Assembly (NCBI GenBank): GCA_023213395.1
Contig: CM041465.1
Location: 205,041,741 to 205,105,740, forward strand
DNA from: Cycas panzhihuaensis
Taxonomy: Eukaryota > Plantae > Cycadophyta
Length of the DNA stretch: 64,000 bases
Reading direction: 5' to 3'
The notes under the pieces: model-generated
Seen by the model: the letters and a program-made list of their open reading frames with translations, nothing else
Databases searched by the model: none
Told to the model about the DNA's origin: nothing
Position numbers and translations under genes: made by a program
Part shown: in pieces, positions 1-14,065 of the stretch
How the letters are laid out: each line of letters starts with the position of its first letter
Numbering within the stretch: position 1 is the first letter of the stretch

Positions 1-64
1 GATCACTAACATATGCATTTACTAAATTATGAGAAATGAGATCATAAAATGTAGTCGTCATTGC

Positions 65-340
65 TCATTGATATATAGCACCAACATTGATAAGCCCAAA
101 TGACATTACACAATAAACATAAGTACCCATTGAGGTAGTGAATGATGTTTTTATTTGGTTTTTTTTAGATAGATGAATTTGGTTACAACTAGAGAAATTG
201 TCCATCAAAGTCATTGCTTTAAAACTAGCAGTTGAACCAATAATTATGTCAATGAATGACAAAGGATAAATATCCTTATGACATGCCTTATTAACTTGAT
301 GAAAGTCAATACAAGCTTGAATAATTCTATTTTTCTTCAT
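65..340 (-). pseudogene. Ty3/gypsy reverse transcriptase fragment
   Basis: ORF translation matches gypsy RT N-terminal motifs, including KTSFTTSMGTYVYCVMSFGLINVGAIYQ. Confidence 0.9.
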
Positions 341-1925
341 AATAGGAACTATATTTGATACTCACTTTGGATAATTGATAGGATAAATGAATTTTTTTCT
401 TAAAAATTTTTAAATTTCATTTTAATGAGTTGAGATAGTTGAGGCTTTATTGGTCTTTATTTTCGTCTAACAGGATGAGCATAAAGATGAGTGACAATGT
501 TATGAATAATAATGCTTGGATCTATACCAAGCATATTATCACAAGACCATGCAAAGACTTTATAACATTTTCTAAAAAGGTTTATGTGAGCTTGACACTC
601 ATGAAGGATACACTCAACATCAAATTTAATTATTTGAGGAGATGAAGTTATAGAAATATTGACATCAACACTTTTACCAACCAATATTGGATAACTCTCT
701 TTAATATGTTTAGGAGTAAGTGGAAAAATATTATTAAATCCAAATTGTTGGATTATAGAAAAAGTGAAGGTAGTTTGAAGAACTTCTTCACCATTTAAAG
801 CATCAAGTTCATTAGGAAAAGACTCAAATTTAATTGATTTAGGAATGGGGTAATAAGGATGTTAATATTTGCTATGAAAATCATCTTGAGTCTTATCATT
901 AGTAAATAAGAAGCTGAAGATGGCATCATCATCTTAGAATAAGTCCAATGAAGTTACATAATCAGTCTTAATGAGAAAAATTCCTTATTCAGAAGTAGAT
1001 GGAGGAAATTCATAAGGAATAACAATTCCATAAGTACTTAAACCCATATTGTTTATTTGTTGTTCTTGATCAATATCAAGGTATATGCTAATCTCAAGAT
1101 TGAGCATTTCTATAGGTTCTTTAGAATAAAATTCAGATAATTTAACGACTTTTACATGATTACCATTAAGAAATCAGATTTCTTTAACTAATGATGATGG
1201 TATAACTTGCATTGCTTGAATCCAAGGTTGACTTAGAAGAATGCTATCATCTAGGGCCATATCAACAACCTCAATGTTGATTTTAATTATTTTGCCTTTA
1301 AATGCAACATGTAGATTAGCAAATTTTCCACATGGTTAAATGCTTTGTAACATCAAAACCCTTAATGCAAGTAAGATTTTTGTCCAACTTTTTGTGTTAC
1401 AAATCATGCATATACGATAAAGTAATAACATTAAGGGATAATCCATCGTCAATAACAACATGATGGATAATTGTGTCAAATAATTACCTTGATCATAGAA
1501 GGTCTAGGATTAGGTTGAGTTGAGATATCAACAAGAAGTAAAGGTAGGTCAAAGGATAAAATGCATGAAGAAGTTTCAAAAGATTGTATTCCAAAGGCAT
1601 TGAGGTAACTCTATCTCTACGAAGGACAATGCTCCAATACATCCTATAATGATATTCTTGGTGAAATATTTTTTAAATCATTAATAAGGAAATATGGGGT
1701 CAAAGCTCTATTCTATATTATTAGAAGAGAAGATTTAAAAACCTTTGAAGTGCAGGGATTGGAGACTATAACAAGTAACTTATATTCCTTTGACTTAGGA
1801 TTAGAATCAACATTATACTTTACATCTTGTTAATGGGTTTAAACTACCAAGATGCCAGATAGATCAATGTTATCAAGCTCAATTAGATGTATTTGTGATA
1901 CAGGCTTCTTATCAACTACTTTACT

Positions 1926-2100
1926 TGTTGGAATATTGATAATACACATTTGTTTTATCCCACATGTAAGTGGATCCCACTCTCATTATATAGACATGTA
2001 TTATAAATACATAACATAGTGTATCATATGATTATCACTTGTAAAGATGTATTGTTAATATAATTAAGGTACCTTAAGGGTATTGTTATGTTTTCCAATA
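1926..2100 (+). repeat. 5' LTR of element A (about 49 bp shorter than the 3' LTR)
   Basis: Direct repeat of 6040-6263. Confidence 0.9.
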
Positions 2101-2270
2101 GGTTTGCCACAGTGTTGTAGATTATGATTCCGACTAGTAACTTATGTTTTCCAATAAGTTTGCCATAGTGTTGTAGATTATGATAGATTATAATTTCGAC
2201 TAGTAACTTATGTTTGATTATGATTATGACTAGTAACTTATGTTTTCCAATAGGTTTGCCACAGTGTTGT
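2086..2270 (+). repeat. Tandem ~56-bp repeats containing the LTR-A terminus
   Basis: TTATGTTTTCCAATA at 2086, 2142 and 2238 (partial at ~2208), each full copy followed by RGTTTGCCAYAGTGTTGT. Confidence 0.9.
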
Positions 2271-4963
2271 CTATTCATGGTTTGTAATGGTGTTGAGGTA
2301 GAAAACCCTAATAGTTGTTGGTGCCATTTATTTGGTTGAGTTTGTGTTTTAACTGATTGCATCCCATTCAATTTTATTTAAAAATCTATTCGTTTTTTGG
2401 TTCGTGATTATTTGTACTTGTAAAATCATTGCCATAATCAAAGTTTGAGTTGCTAAATTTATGAAACCATAATCTACAAAGTCACTAGTAAACAACAATA
2501 TATTGTACATCTACCAGTATAGAAATTGTGAGGGAACAAGATTTCACTACTCCAACGATCGTGCTTGTGATTGCAACAAAGATTATGCCCCTTCCTGTGT
2601 TTGTGAACTGTCACCTAGTGCTTTGTATCTTCGTGGCTTCCATTTGCGTGTATATATATGCACTATTCTGCGTGTTTGGAGATTGTTATAGGGCCATCAA
2701 CTATGAAAATTGTAGGCTACCATAATCCCAACCACTGATGAGAAGTCGCTTAATTCAGCCGCCATTTTTCATCAAATTTAATCGAATAGAGTTCATCAGA
2801 TAATCTTATTTTCTATTGTTCGTACTCCATTATTTCGTTATCCGTGTGCAATTTGATTCCAACATAAGAAGAAAGCCATCTGGTCTCAGTTGCATATTTG
2901 TAGCCACAAGTTTGATGATGTTGCACAGAGATACCACGCCACTTCACACGAAATCGCCCCAGCGATCATGCCACGGATGCACAAAGCCTACCCATGGCTG
3001 GTAAAGTCCCGAGTCGTTCTAAGCTAATGGCTGAGAATTCATAAGATTGATAATTATCAGATCAATTCTGAGCAATATCCTATAACAAAGCAACAAGATC
3101 TTCCACTCGATTGTCCTCTAAGGGCAACAACACTATTGTTTGAGGCTCATTCTCAGGACCAGTCTCCATAGATTTAGCAGGGGTTTCTCTAAACTCTAGT
3201 TTCTTATCTATTGTCTCATCATGCAAATAATCTGTAACCGAAAAATTCTAGTCCATTTGAGGAGATAAAACCTCTATGCCAGGAGAGCCACGACTAGAAG
3301 AGTGTCGAAGATGCCACGATGCCCTTAAGCAGTTACCCTACACACTGTAGTCATTGCACAGACACAGGAGATCCAAAGAATAGCAGACGAATACGAAACA
3401 ATTGCCATGCAAAGAGGAGATCCGAAGAATAACAGGACACAAAAAATCACCACGCAAAATTTATGGCAGAGAAACGTCATTGCAGTCGCCATTTGCACGT
3501 TGTTTGGAATTGTTGTAGTTTGCGTTTTGAATTTGCAGCCGCCACCATCTTGATTCACCCATGTAAGTTTGGTTTGCTGTTCGAATTTCATTTCTTAGCC
3601 ATGATATTCATAATGTCGTGCCAGCATTTTGTGAATGTTTTCAGTATTGCGACTTCATAATATTGCATTTGATATATATTAAGTCGCCATAAGTTCCCGG
3701 ATTCTTATTATTATTCTAAGTCGCCCTTATATGTCGTTTACATTGATATTTCATTATCTTTATCAATGTTATTTGATATCAAGTTGTCCCTTGTGATATC
3801 AATGTTGTCTCTTTAGTAAATCACTTTGATATTTTTTTCAAGATATTTTTCATGAAGACATTGAGATGTGTCATTCATATTTTACCTTCTATTTTTTCAC
3901 CCAAAACTTTTCTCATATGAAGTAGCACACGTTTAATAGTTTCCCTTTGATGTGATACATATTAAGGTGGCCTCTCATCTAAGGAGACTTTAAAGTGTTG
4001 AAGGGTGATATGCCTATGGGATATGACATGATGTGTGTCTTCTTAGTGATGTATTTTCATTGTAAGATTTGCTTAGTAATGATGTATGCATGGTAGTAAT
4101 TTGATGGGAATATGAGGCATGCATATGGTAAAATAAAGAAGTTGGCGATATTAGTTATCTTGCATATGAGTGCATGAGAGAATTTGTGAGGCATATTAGT
4201 GATATAGTGCTCTTTCGCATGCGATTGTATGACAGTACTTTGAAGATATGATGCATTGATGAGGTGATTGTTTAAAGTCTTTTTGCATGTATTGTACATG
4301 GGAGAGTACTTTGCGATGTGATATGACATTAAGTCATGTTGATGAGGGTGACTATTGGTAACTTGAGATATATGATGGTGATTATTTAATAGCAATTGAG
4401 TTCTTTCAATGACATAGTATAGTGATGAAGTGATAGTGCATGTGTTTGCATGAATGAGTTGGATGATATAAGTCAACTTAGTACTCCTTGGAATGTAATT
4501 AACATGAAAGAGCTTTATGGGCATCATAAGGCAAATGGTGATTTAAAGTAATAAGGTGATTATTGCATATGAAGTTATTGGCATGTTTTAAGGCTAAGAT
4601 TAGGCATGTTTGATGATGTGTTTATTAATTAACTGAATGAGCAAAGAAGGATGAGTTTAGTTACAGGGAAGCAAACTTTGTTGAGTGGTGTAGTGGCATA
4701 AGTTGTGTCCTGGGCAATTAAGTGAAGTGTGCATCTTGTCAATTTAATGGTGACATATGGCATGTATAATCATTGTGAAATTTATGAGGCATTGATTTGG
4801 TGAAGTAAGTGTTTGTATTCTATGTGACTGTTTGGCGATATAAGAAATGGATAAGGTGATGATTTGATGATGAAGTTAGTGATGTGAGAGACGAAAAAGT
4901 TTATTGTGATTAGTTAATAGGCATTGAAAAAGGGGGACATTATTTAGAGGTACATTTACAATC

Positions 4964-6016
4964 ATGGAAGAAAATGATGTGGTCATGTATGTTCATGAAA
5001 CAAATGAATATTACTTAATAGATTCGTTTCTTCCGATACCTAAGTGTAATGGAGAAAACTATTTCTTTTGGACAATTAAAATGAGATGTTTTTTTATAGC
5101 TAGAGGTTTGTGGAAGCTTATTATTGATGGATATAATATCCCTAAGGATGAAGAAGAAAATGAAATTCTTGAGAAGAAAGACAAAAATGCATTCATCATG
5201 ATTCTTACTGCATTAGACAAGGCAAATCTTTCTTCCACATATCATTTCGTCATTCCTAAGATTCAATGTGCAAGTACTACTAAGGAAGTTTGAGATTTTT
5301 TAAGGCATGTATTTGAACAAACTCCTGAAGAAATACAATGAATGATTGAAAATGCATATAAAGTCAATGATGGTTATGGTATAGGTATAACGAATGAAGA
5401 AAATATTATCAACACTGATGAAATAGTATGTCAAGATGAAGCATGTTTGAATATTGATAAAATTACTACTAAATATATGATTAAATGCATTGATAAGACT
5501 ACAACTACTACTGAAGATGTTGAGAGTGATGAATCGATAAAGGCTTATTTAGATGACACCATGATTTCAAGAGAAATTGAATATGAATATGATGGTCCTA
5601 TAGAAGATGAGTCTCAGATTGATTCAAGTCTGAATGATGTTCTTTTTTTGACCATTGATTCAAGTTCAAAGGGTATGCAAGTTGATCAAGATTCTACTCT
5701 AAATATTGAAGAAATCATTGTTATACATGATGATCAAGAACTTATATAAGATAATGATGACAAGCAAGTTGTGTTTGAAGATGGTTACTTACAAGATCTT
5801 CTTCAAAATCAGACTAGACCAACCACAATGAAGAATCATGATTTGCACTTACTAGAGCTACTACACCAACATCATCACTATAGGATTGAAGATAGAAATC
5901 AAGTTGAAGACATCACTCTACAGCAAAGACATTGCTACAAGATTGAAGATAAGGATCAAGTTGAAGACATCATCTTCAAGATATTTCCAAGGACAAGGCA
6001 TTGCAAGTATAAATGA
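4964..6016 (+). pseudogene. Copia gag N-terminus (DUF4219-like) fused to an acidic tail; one 351-codon frame broken by three stops
   Basis: IPKCNGENYFFWTIKMRCFFIARGLWKLIIDGY and STTKEV*DFL (resembling AKEVWDIL). ORFs starting at 4964, 5342 and 5771 share one frame. Confidence 0.8.
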
Positions 6017-6039
6017 CCTAAATGTGCATTAAGGGGGAG

Positions 6040-6263
6040 TGTTGGAATATTGATAATGCACATTTGTTTTGTCCCACATGCAAGTGGGTCCCACCCTCGC
6101 TATATTGACATGTATTATAAATACACAACATAATGTATCATATGATTATCACTTGTAAAGATGTTTTGTTAATATAATTAATGTACCTTAAGGGTACCGT
6201 TCGATCCTGTGGAGGTGTTTATTCTATTTGTGAATATCTTTCTATAGCTTATGTTTTCCAATA
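6040..6263 (+). repeat. 3' LTR of element A
   Basis: Follows the PPT; direct repeat of 1926-2100. Confidence 0.9.
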
Positions 6264-8015
6264 TTAGTGGATTCTTTAGGCTCTAAAATTTAAATCCAAG
6301 GAGCAGATTATGTGACATAGTCAACACTTTGTCTTAGTGGGGTATAACTAGGAACAAAGGTAGGTTCAAATCCATTTGAAACTAGAGTGGAAAATTGGGA
6401 ACCTACTATTTGAGAAGAATTTGATGTGGGGGAATGGCATACTTGCAATGTGCTGAGTTAGTTTTAGAGGCTCTAAATTTAAGCCATAAGTTATCGTTGA
6501 GAATCAATAAGAGTAAATTACATCATATAGATAGGACATTCATTGTTATTATTTAGAAAATGGATTTTATATATTCCTAACTCTTGGTTAGGACTCAATA
6601 GCTATCCTTGATGTGTTTTACTTTGATTGGGAGAATTTTGAATAATATGATTGGTGACTCGACACATTAAATACCATAGTCATTCATGACAAACATTCTC
6701 TTGATGGTTATTTTTTCCATAATGATTGTAATAGGGAGATTTTGCTTAAGGCTATTGCTACGTATTTATAGAAGTAGGAAGAGGATTATTTTGAGGATGA
6801 GGGAGAAAGATTATGCTGCCCCCCTTGACTAATCAATATAAGGTCTATTTAGATATCATTGTACATCTTGAATAAAATAATTTTGAAGTTCATTACAAGT
6901 AACAAGGTTTTAAACTAATTATGTTAATTAAGTCGTTGACACAACTAGGTTAGATAAGTAAGCTATAGGAGGATGTTGGATTGTTTGAATAACTTGTTGA
7001 GCAGGTTGATATGGAAGAGGTAAAGGTGGATGTCCACTAACACCTCTATCTCCATTCGGATCATTAAGATAAATAACTCACAAATAAGTTGGGTTTTTGA
7101 TAGCCATTAACCCTAATTAAATTAAGGCATGATTATATTGATGAGTAAGTTGTTCAAATTTTGAATAAGTCTTAGGGTTTTGCCTTAGAAGTTCAAAATG
7201 AATGACATTAGTCAAGCTATCAAGACTTGTTTAATAATGATGTTATTGAGAGGAATATTACAATGACTAACCAATTCATGAAAACTTTTAATATGGTGAA
7301 TAATAGTTTGATCAAGAGTTTGTTTACATGTTAGCAAGGTGTCAAGATCATCATCATTGACTTTAGGTAAAGAAAAATAATTGAGATAATTCTCAAGTAA
7401 TTCTTTGGTATTATTAATTAATTTTATAGGGTGCTTTATAAACCAAAAGGTACTAGTATCCCATAAAATTATGTTCAGAAAATATCTTATTTAGATGGTA
7501 TTATCATAAATCTAACTAATGTCAAGGAAAGCATTAACTTGCTTTTTAGGATCTTCATTTGGTTTCTCAGAAAACTTAGGTAAACTAAGTACAATAGTGG
7601 ACATATCCAACACAATAGTTGGTATGACTAATTAAGAAGATTTAACACAAGTAAGACATTAAAATTTTGATGAAATAAGACTTATGTTAATCTGTGGAGA
7701 GGAAGATTAACTCCCTAGTGGAATACTTATGATGACTTTATAAGGGAAAGACGGATGCTGATAATATCAAATTATAATAGATAAAAAAGTGACAAAAAAA
7801 TTCATTAGATATAAAATGGTAAAATCATAAGGAGGAAGATATAAAACAATTGAGTTATGAGAGGTAGAAGCCTCCTTAAAGGCTCAAGGTCAAAGAGGTA
7901 ATAAACCTCTTAGCCAATAAGAAAATTTACTAGGGTTAGCTAGAACCCCAGAATACCAACATGGAATTATAAAGTGAAAGGTAAAGGTGGCAAGCTACAA
8001 GACTACGATTTAATT

Positions 8016-8045
8016 CACCCAATATAGTTGCCAGAAAATGTTGAT
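8016..8045 (-). promoter_or_regulatory. Probable degenerate PBS and inner LTR boundary of the gypsy remnant (LTR extends rightward from 8039; outer end unresolved)
   Basis: Reverse complement reads CAACA-tttc-TGGCAACTATATTGGG, resembling the tRNA-Arg-type PBS TGGCGACTC..CTGGGG of Ogre/Tat elements. Confidence 0.5.
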
Positions 8046-10277
8046 TTCAAAAAATATGATAACCTTGGATTTCACCTAAAACTAACTCATATGCTCATAA
8101 TGAAGCTAAGATCACATTCCTAGTCAATATTTTATGAGTTAGAAATACAATTATTAAAGAAAAGTGCACAATGCAACAACAGTAAATTATTTGTGTCACT
8201 TTCATATGAAGTTTTAACCCTAAGGATTTAAAGCACCGAAAAGATGAAAATTGGCTCCTGAAGAGAGGGTTTTAACTCACTCTAAATAAAATACTAGTAT
8301 AAGGCTATCATACTAATATTCTCTCCATAGTAAATGGAAATCACCACTTTAAGGTCTCTAAAGCTACCCACACACTCCTTAAATTAAGGATTACTAGGTG
8401 ATCTTCCCTAGTTAATATATACTAATTTTAGTAGAGTTGTTGTTTCTAACCTTGGTGATAAACTTTAAGGAAAACCAAAGGATACCTTGAGCAATAATAA
8501 ATTATATAGGTGATGATAAGATAAAGCCCTATATAGTCTCTCTAAAGAAGGCTAGCTATGACTTTGTGATATACTCCTAAAGAGTAAGCATATAGTCATC
8601 CCACTTATTCTTTGGTACCCTTATAGCTATTAAAGTTACTTATAACTCATGCTTTTATGGATACCTCCAAGCAGTTAAAATGCACCTATATGATCATACC
8701 CCTACTAGGGGCTAGATCTAATTAGTTGAGGTATTAGAACACTCTAGGGCCCTACATTCATGGTGTGTCTTATTCTAGTAATTTCTTAGTAAAAGTAGTG
8801 AGATAAGATTTTTGACTTTGCAAACACTTAGGACATGCTTTAGGAACTTGGGGGATGATGACAAATGATAGAGTGAAAACACTTCCATGACAATGCCTCA
8901 TTTTGAAATCTAGTGTAATAAAAGTTACAACCCAAGATACTAAATGAACAACACACATGAACGAAGACAAGAGGTGACATCAAAGGTCTATGAAATTCTA
9001 AACTCATTGTGTATATTTTTTACTTATATTTTTTTATAATTTTTAGCAATAGTAATGTGCACTAAGCCCTTGTAGGAGTTAATTTGAAATTGAATCGAAA
9101 ATATACACTAAAATCCTAATGTAGCTATGTGTATATACAACTAAATATAGTAAAATTTTCCATTTATCTTTTGATTTTTCTAGATTAAAAATTGAGAATT
9201 GAAATCAAACTATACGATTATACATCACAAGTGCCCATCCTGGTTCATTCTATCCAGCAAAAAATGAGGTATGCATCTATTTAATCTTTCCCAAATCTAT
9301 ATGCTCATCATTGCCTAGGTAAATCCCCTTTTCAATCACTTATATGAAGGTTAGAAATGTCCTACTTATGCCTTACACAAGGATAACAAAGTGAGTTGGT
9401 AATATTTATAAAAATGTTTCCTTTAAAGGATTAAAAAAATGTCCTTAAATGATGCCAATATCAAGCATCTTCTTTAAATTAAATCCAAGATCATGTCATT
9501 TTTATCCTTAAAACATAAATAATGATCAATAAAACTTTACTTTTAAAAAGGTTTAAGGGTTATTACTTTATATCAAATCAAAACACCTTTAAGTTACCTA
9601 TTTTAAAATGATTTAGGATATTTATTAATCCTTAAAATCTCATTCAAAACATTAGTTTGAATGATATGTTGTCAATTGGTAAATGTTCAATTTTCATGTT
9701 TATTAAGGGTAAAATGTGTTAATATGTAATGATTCATATAAATTCACCTTTTTCGTTCATTCAAATGCTTAAAGGAAGCATGTTTAAAAGTGAATTTGAA
9801 TCCTCAAATGGAGCACTTCAAAGTAAATTTGATAAAATATTTTATGTGTCTCAAGTTACAACACCTTTTATTCGTGCATATTCATGTTTGTTTATAAACT
9901 CATTAACCAAAGATTAATGCTTTTACTTTAAATGTAAAACATTGATTATCAAAATAATATTATCTACATTCACCAAAAGGTTCATTTGAATATGTAAACT
10001 CGTTAGCATAACGTCAAATTAAAGTACACTTATACTTTTAAAGTGATAAATAAAATAAAAGAAAAGGGTAATTATCGTAAGATGTTTGACCTACCAAACA
10101 CCTATATTTTTAATCTAACCCACTACCAACTACTTTATAATGCACTTATGATTTTGAAATGAAAACACAAGATACTTAAATTAAACAAGTAAGCTCTTGA
10201 ATTTAATTAACTTAATATATTAAAAATGAATGCCATTCAATATAAAAAAATAAACTCATGATATGTAATAGAATGTA

Positions 10278-10308
<31 letters not shown>

Positions 10309-10537
10309 TAGATATATATAGATATATATACATACATACATATATACATACATATATATATGTATATATATATATGTATGTATATATATATGTATATATA
10401 TATGTATATATATCTACATATATATATATGTATGTATATATATATATATATGTATGTATATATATATGTATATATATATGTATGTATATATATCTACATA
10501 TATGTATATATATATATATATATATATCTACATATTC

Positions 10538-10573
<36 letters not shown>

Positions 10574-10578
10574 ACATA

Positions 10579-10640
<62 letters not shown>

Positions 10641-10682
10641 TATATGTATGTATATGTATGTATATATATATACGTATATATA

Positions 10683-10720
<38 letters not shown>

Positions 10721-10874
10721 CAGATACATACATATATATATATATATATATACATATGTATATATATATGTATATATATATATTTATATATGTATATATA
10801 TATGTATGTATATATAGATACATATGTATGTATATATAGATACATATGTATGTATATATAGATACATATGTATG

Positions 10875-10918
<44 letters not shown>

Positions 10919-11013
10919 TACATATATATATATACATATATATATATACATACATATATATATACATCTATATATGTATATATATATACATATATATATG
11001 TATATATATATAT
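10278..11013. repeat. Long imperfect (TA)n microsatellite with TG/CA/GA variants
   Basis: About 735 bp of AT dinucleotide; source of the spurious YI-repeat ORFs. Confidence 0.99.
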
Positions 11014-14000
11014 CAAATGAGTGTTGTGCTACAAGAACTTAATTCACTTTAGAAATTAAAATAAGGTGATGAATTCTTATCAATAGCTTTCCACTTGATA
11101 ATATATGTATTCTAATTTGATATGATTTATTACATTGATGTGCCAAAAATAAGTATTTTATAAAAAACGCAAATATAAAAATTAAACTAGGCATCATATT
11201 ACAATGTAAAATAAGATCTAGTGGCTTATGAATATTATAAGAAATGGTCATGGGTAATTAAAAATATGGCCAATCTCATAAATCAAATGATACACTGGGC
11301 GATAATATTGATTCAACATGTCCTCTTGAATGGTTACAATAGCACAACTATGGTTTATTGAGCTATTGATATGGTTTAATGTATAGATATTCAACTAAAC
11401 ATTTAAGCGACTATACATGAAGGTAATTTAGACAATGAATGACTAATATGCATACTGGGCAATTGGTAAATTGATCAAGTTGAGTAGAAGATGATGATTA
11501 AATTGGCAATGACAAATAAAAATGAAAATTAATATATTATTCCCTAATACCAATAAGTTAATTAAATGAGCAATTGGATATTGGCTTCAAACTAGTGGAT
11601 ACATACTTAAACTAGTGAGAGTAATCATGATTGATGCCAGATTAAACTATTAAGACTATTTAGTCAATATGAGAGGAATCAATATTAGACTTGATCATTT
11701 GGAAATTGGATATATACAAAACCTAACAATCTTGGGAGAAAGAAAGATCTATATATCTTATTATTAGTGTTTAGGTAAATCTATAATTAGATTAGGACAC
11801 AGGAGTAGTAGTTAATTAATAATTAAGATGCCCAACACATTTAGATTTATTGATTCAAATATATTTAATAAAATAATTTAATACATTACATACTCATATT
11901 TAAATGACATATAGAGCACATAAGAGAATAACAAATATTAACAAAAGCATCACTCATATAAGCATTGATTATCCTTTTTATATTAAATGATAAGATCTAT
12001 TTATGTACCTAAAAAAATATTAGTATTTATTTCTTCTTTATATTCATATCATAGAATCCTTCTTCAATTCAATATTCTCTTTCTTAAGAATCAATACTAA
12101 TATTGAAATAAATTGCTTAAAAAAAAATCACAAAAGAATCTCCAAAAATCACCCCCTCTCCTTTTTCATTCCTCTAGTGATGAATTTACTAATAAAAGCA
12201 AGGGGGAGGAGGTGGGAAAGCAAGGTGTTTGTTTAATCCATTAAGTAATGGATTAAATGAGACCCAATAACTATTCCCTAATTACTGTTGGAAAATATGA
12301 AATAACAGCTCTTACACCATGTTAGAATATAAAATAACTATGATAACAATGGACAATAATGCTAAGTGAAAGAATAATAAAATGAAGCACTAGAAAGATG
12401 AAGCATATACAAATTAACATAACAAAGGTAGGAGAATAGTCAAACTTCAAATTAGAATAAAGATGATGTACACACTTATAGTACAACTCACCACATGTGT
12501 GAGAACCCTCAAGATCGACTATTATGTGCTATCACATATTTCTATATGGTACATAATTCAAAGAGACCTATAATATAAAATGCAAATAACTATGAGAGAG
12601 TATGAATAGGGATTTGGATGTAATTCAATATTACACCCAATATGTTCTCTTATAATAAATAGTTACATAAAATGTCATATCAAACAATATATATTGATTC
12701 TTCAAATCTTCATTGGAATAAAAGTTGCTATAATATAATAAGTTATTACTGATGTCTATATGAAAAGAACTCCATTCACTAGACCACATAGGTAACCAAC
12801 TACTATAACTATTAGTTAGCTAGGATTCTTCTTCATGTACATAGTATAATCAACACTAAGTCAACTTCACCTGGGAAACACACTGTCCTATATTGCCAAC
12901 ACATAATGAAGAAATGTATAAGGGTAGTTAAAAAAAGGACCCATCTCTTACCAATATAGGATCATACAAATAGCTCTTTGGTTATAATGGCTAGAAACAA
13001 ATGGAACTATGGTCTTACAATGGCATTATAGCCTCAAATTTGCCAATATGGGCTTATAAATCATGCATTTATAGGTTACAAACATGCTAATATGGGCTTT
13101 ACAATAACCTTTATAGGCTATTGTAATGCATGTCAAAAATATGACTAAAAAATAAATGTGACCCAAAATAAAATGAAATGACTCTCTCTAATGATAAATT
13201 TTAATAAAATTTTGATAAATATGGGTTCTTTAGAGTATAAAATGAGCTAATATGATAAAGTTTACATGTTATCCTTTTATTTAGGGTATATTATATTAAG
13301 ATAATGAATCATAAATGATATGGAGCCTTTAGAAATACATGTATGTGCCTTAAAATATTAAAAAAAGGATAAAAAACAAAGTTTTAAGAAAAGATTTTAA
13401 TTTTAAGCTAAAATATCTATATCAAATCAACTCCAAATGATGTTAGGTGACCTGCTAAATCAAAGCTCTTTAAGTTACGAGTCCAACGCAACTGATATGA
13501 CTAAAAAATAAATATATATGCTTAAGTTATGGGTGAAAAACTAACAATGACTCATTGAAAGATGAAAAATAAGAGTTCAGCCCCTTTTGCTAGCGAGTTG
13601 GTGGTCGTATAGGCCCTTAATATGACTAGGGGCTATTTAAAAGGGGGTTGTGTAAATCTTAAATTTTATCTAATTTAGCTAATAAATTTTTTATAGTTAT
13701 AAAAAATTAAAATATACACTGATTAATTGGCATTCATAGATTTGAGGGGATTATCAATGTTAAAAAATGAAAATGTAATATGCACAATATCTAATAGTGA
13801 GTAAAAGATAAAGTCATAAAATATAAGGAAGATGACATACATACACAAATGAACACCATATGTGGAGAATTTGCTAAAATTCAAATTAAAGAGAATAAAA
13901 AAGTACATACTTATAGTACATGCTCACCTTTAGTGAGAGAACCCCATTACTTAACTTAGAGATGGCATACATATCTAGGTGGCCCACACCCTCTAATATA

Positions 14001-14065
14001 AAAATACAAATAATAGAGAGAGATTATATAGGGATAATTTATATAATTGGGTATTACACCTAACA

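Larger units (their letters stand above)
1926..6263 (+). mobile_element. Element A: non-autonomous copia-related LTR element
   Basis: Paired LTRs 1926-2100 and 6040-6263 (TGTTGG...TTCCAATA). PPT AAGGGGGAG at 6031-6039. Near-TSD ttact/ttagt. No pol. Confidence 0.9.
1..8038 (-). mobile_element. Degenerate Ty3/gypsy (Ogre/Tat-like) internal region, gag-PR-RT, interrupted by element A at 1926-6263
   Basis: Minus-strand RT remnant at 65-340 (IQACIDFHQVNKACHKDIYPLSFIDII..MDNFSSCNQI, resembling CIDFRDLNKACPKDxFPLP..MDGFSGYNQI). Protease remnants at ~1200-1470 (HVVIDDG; ILLSQPWIQAM). Gag-like LPKFSEKPNEDP at ~7550-7590. Confidence 0.8.

Noticed and set aside
4057-4527. 156-aa His-rich minus-strand ORF
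   Set aside because: By-product of a TGA/ATG-rich low-complexity tract inside element A.
10256-11052. Long YI-repeat ORFs on both strands
   Set aside because: They are translations of the (TA)n microsatellite.
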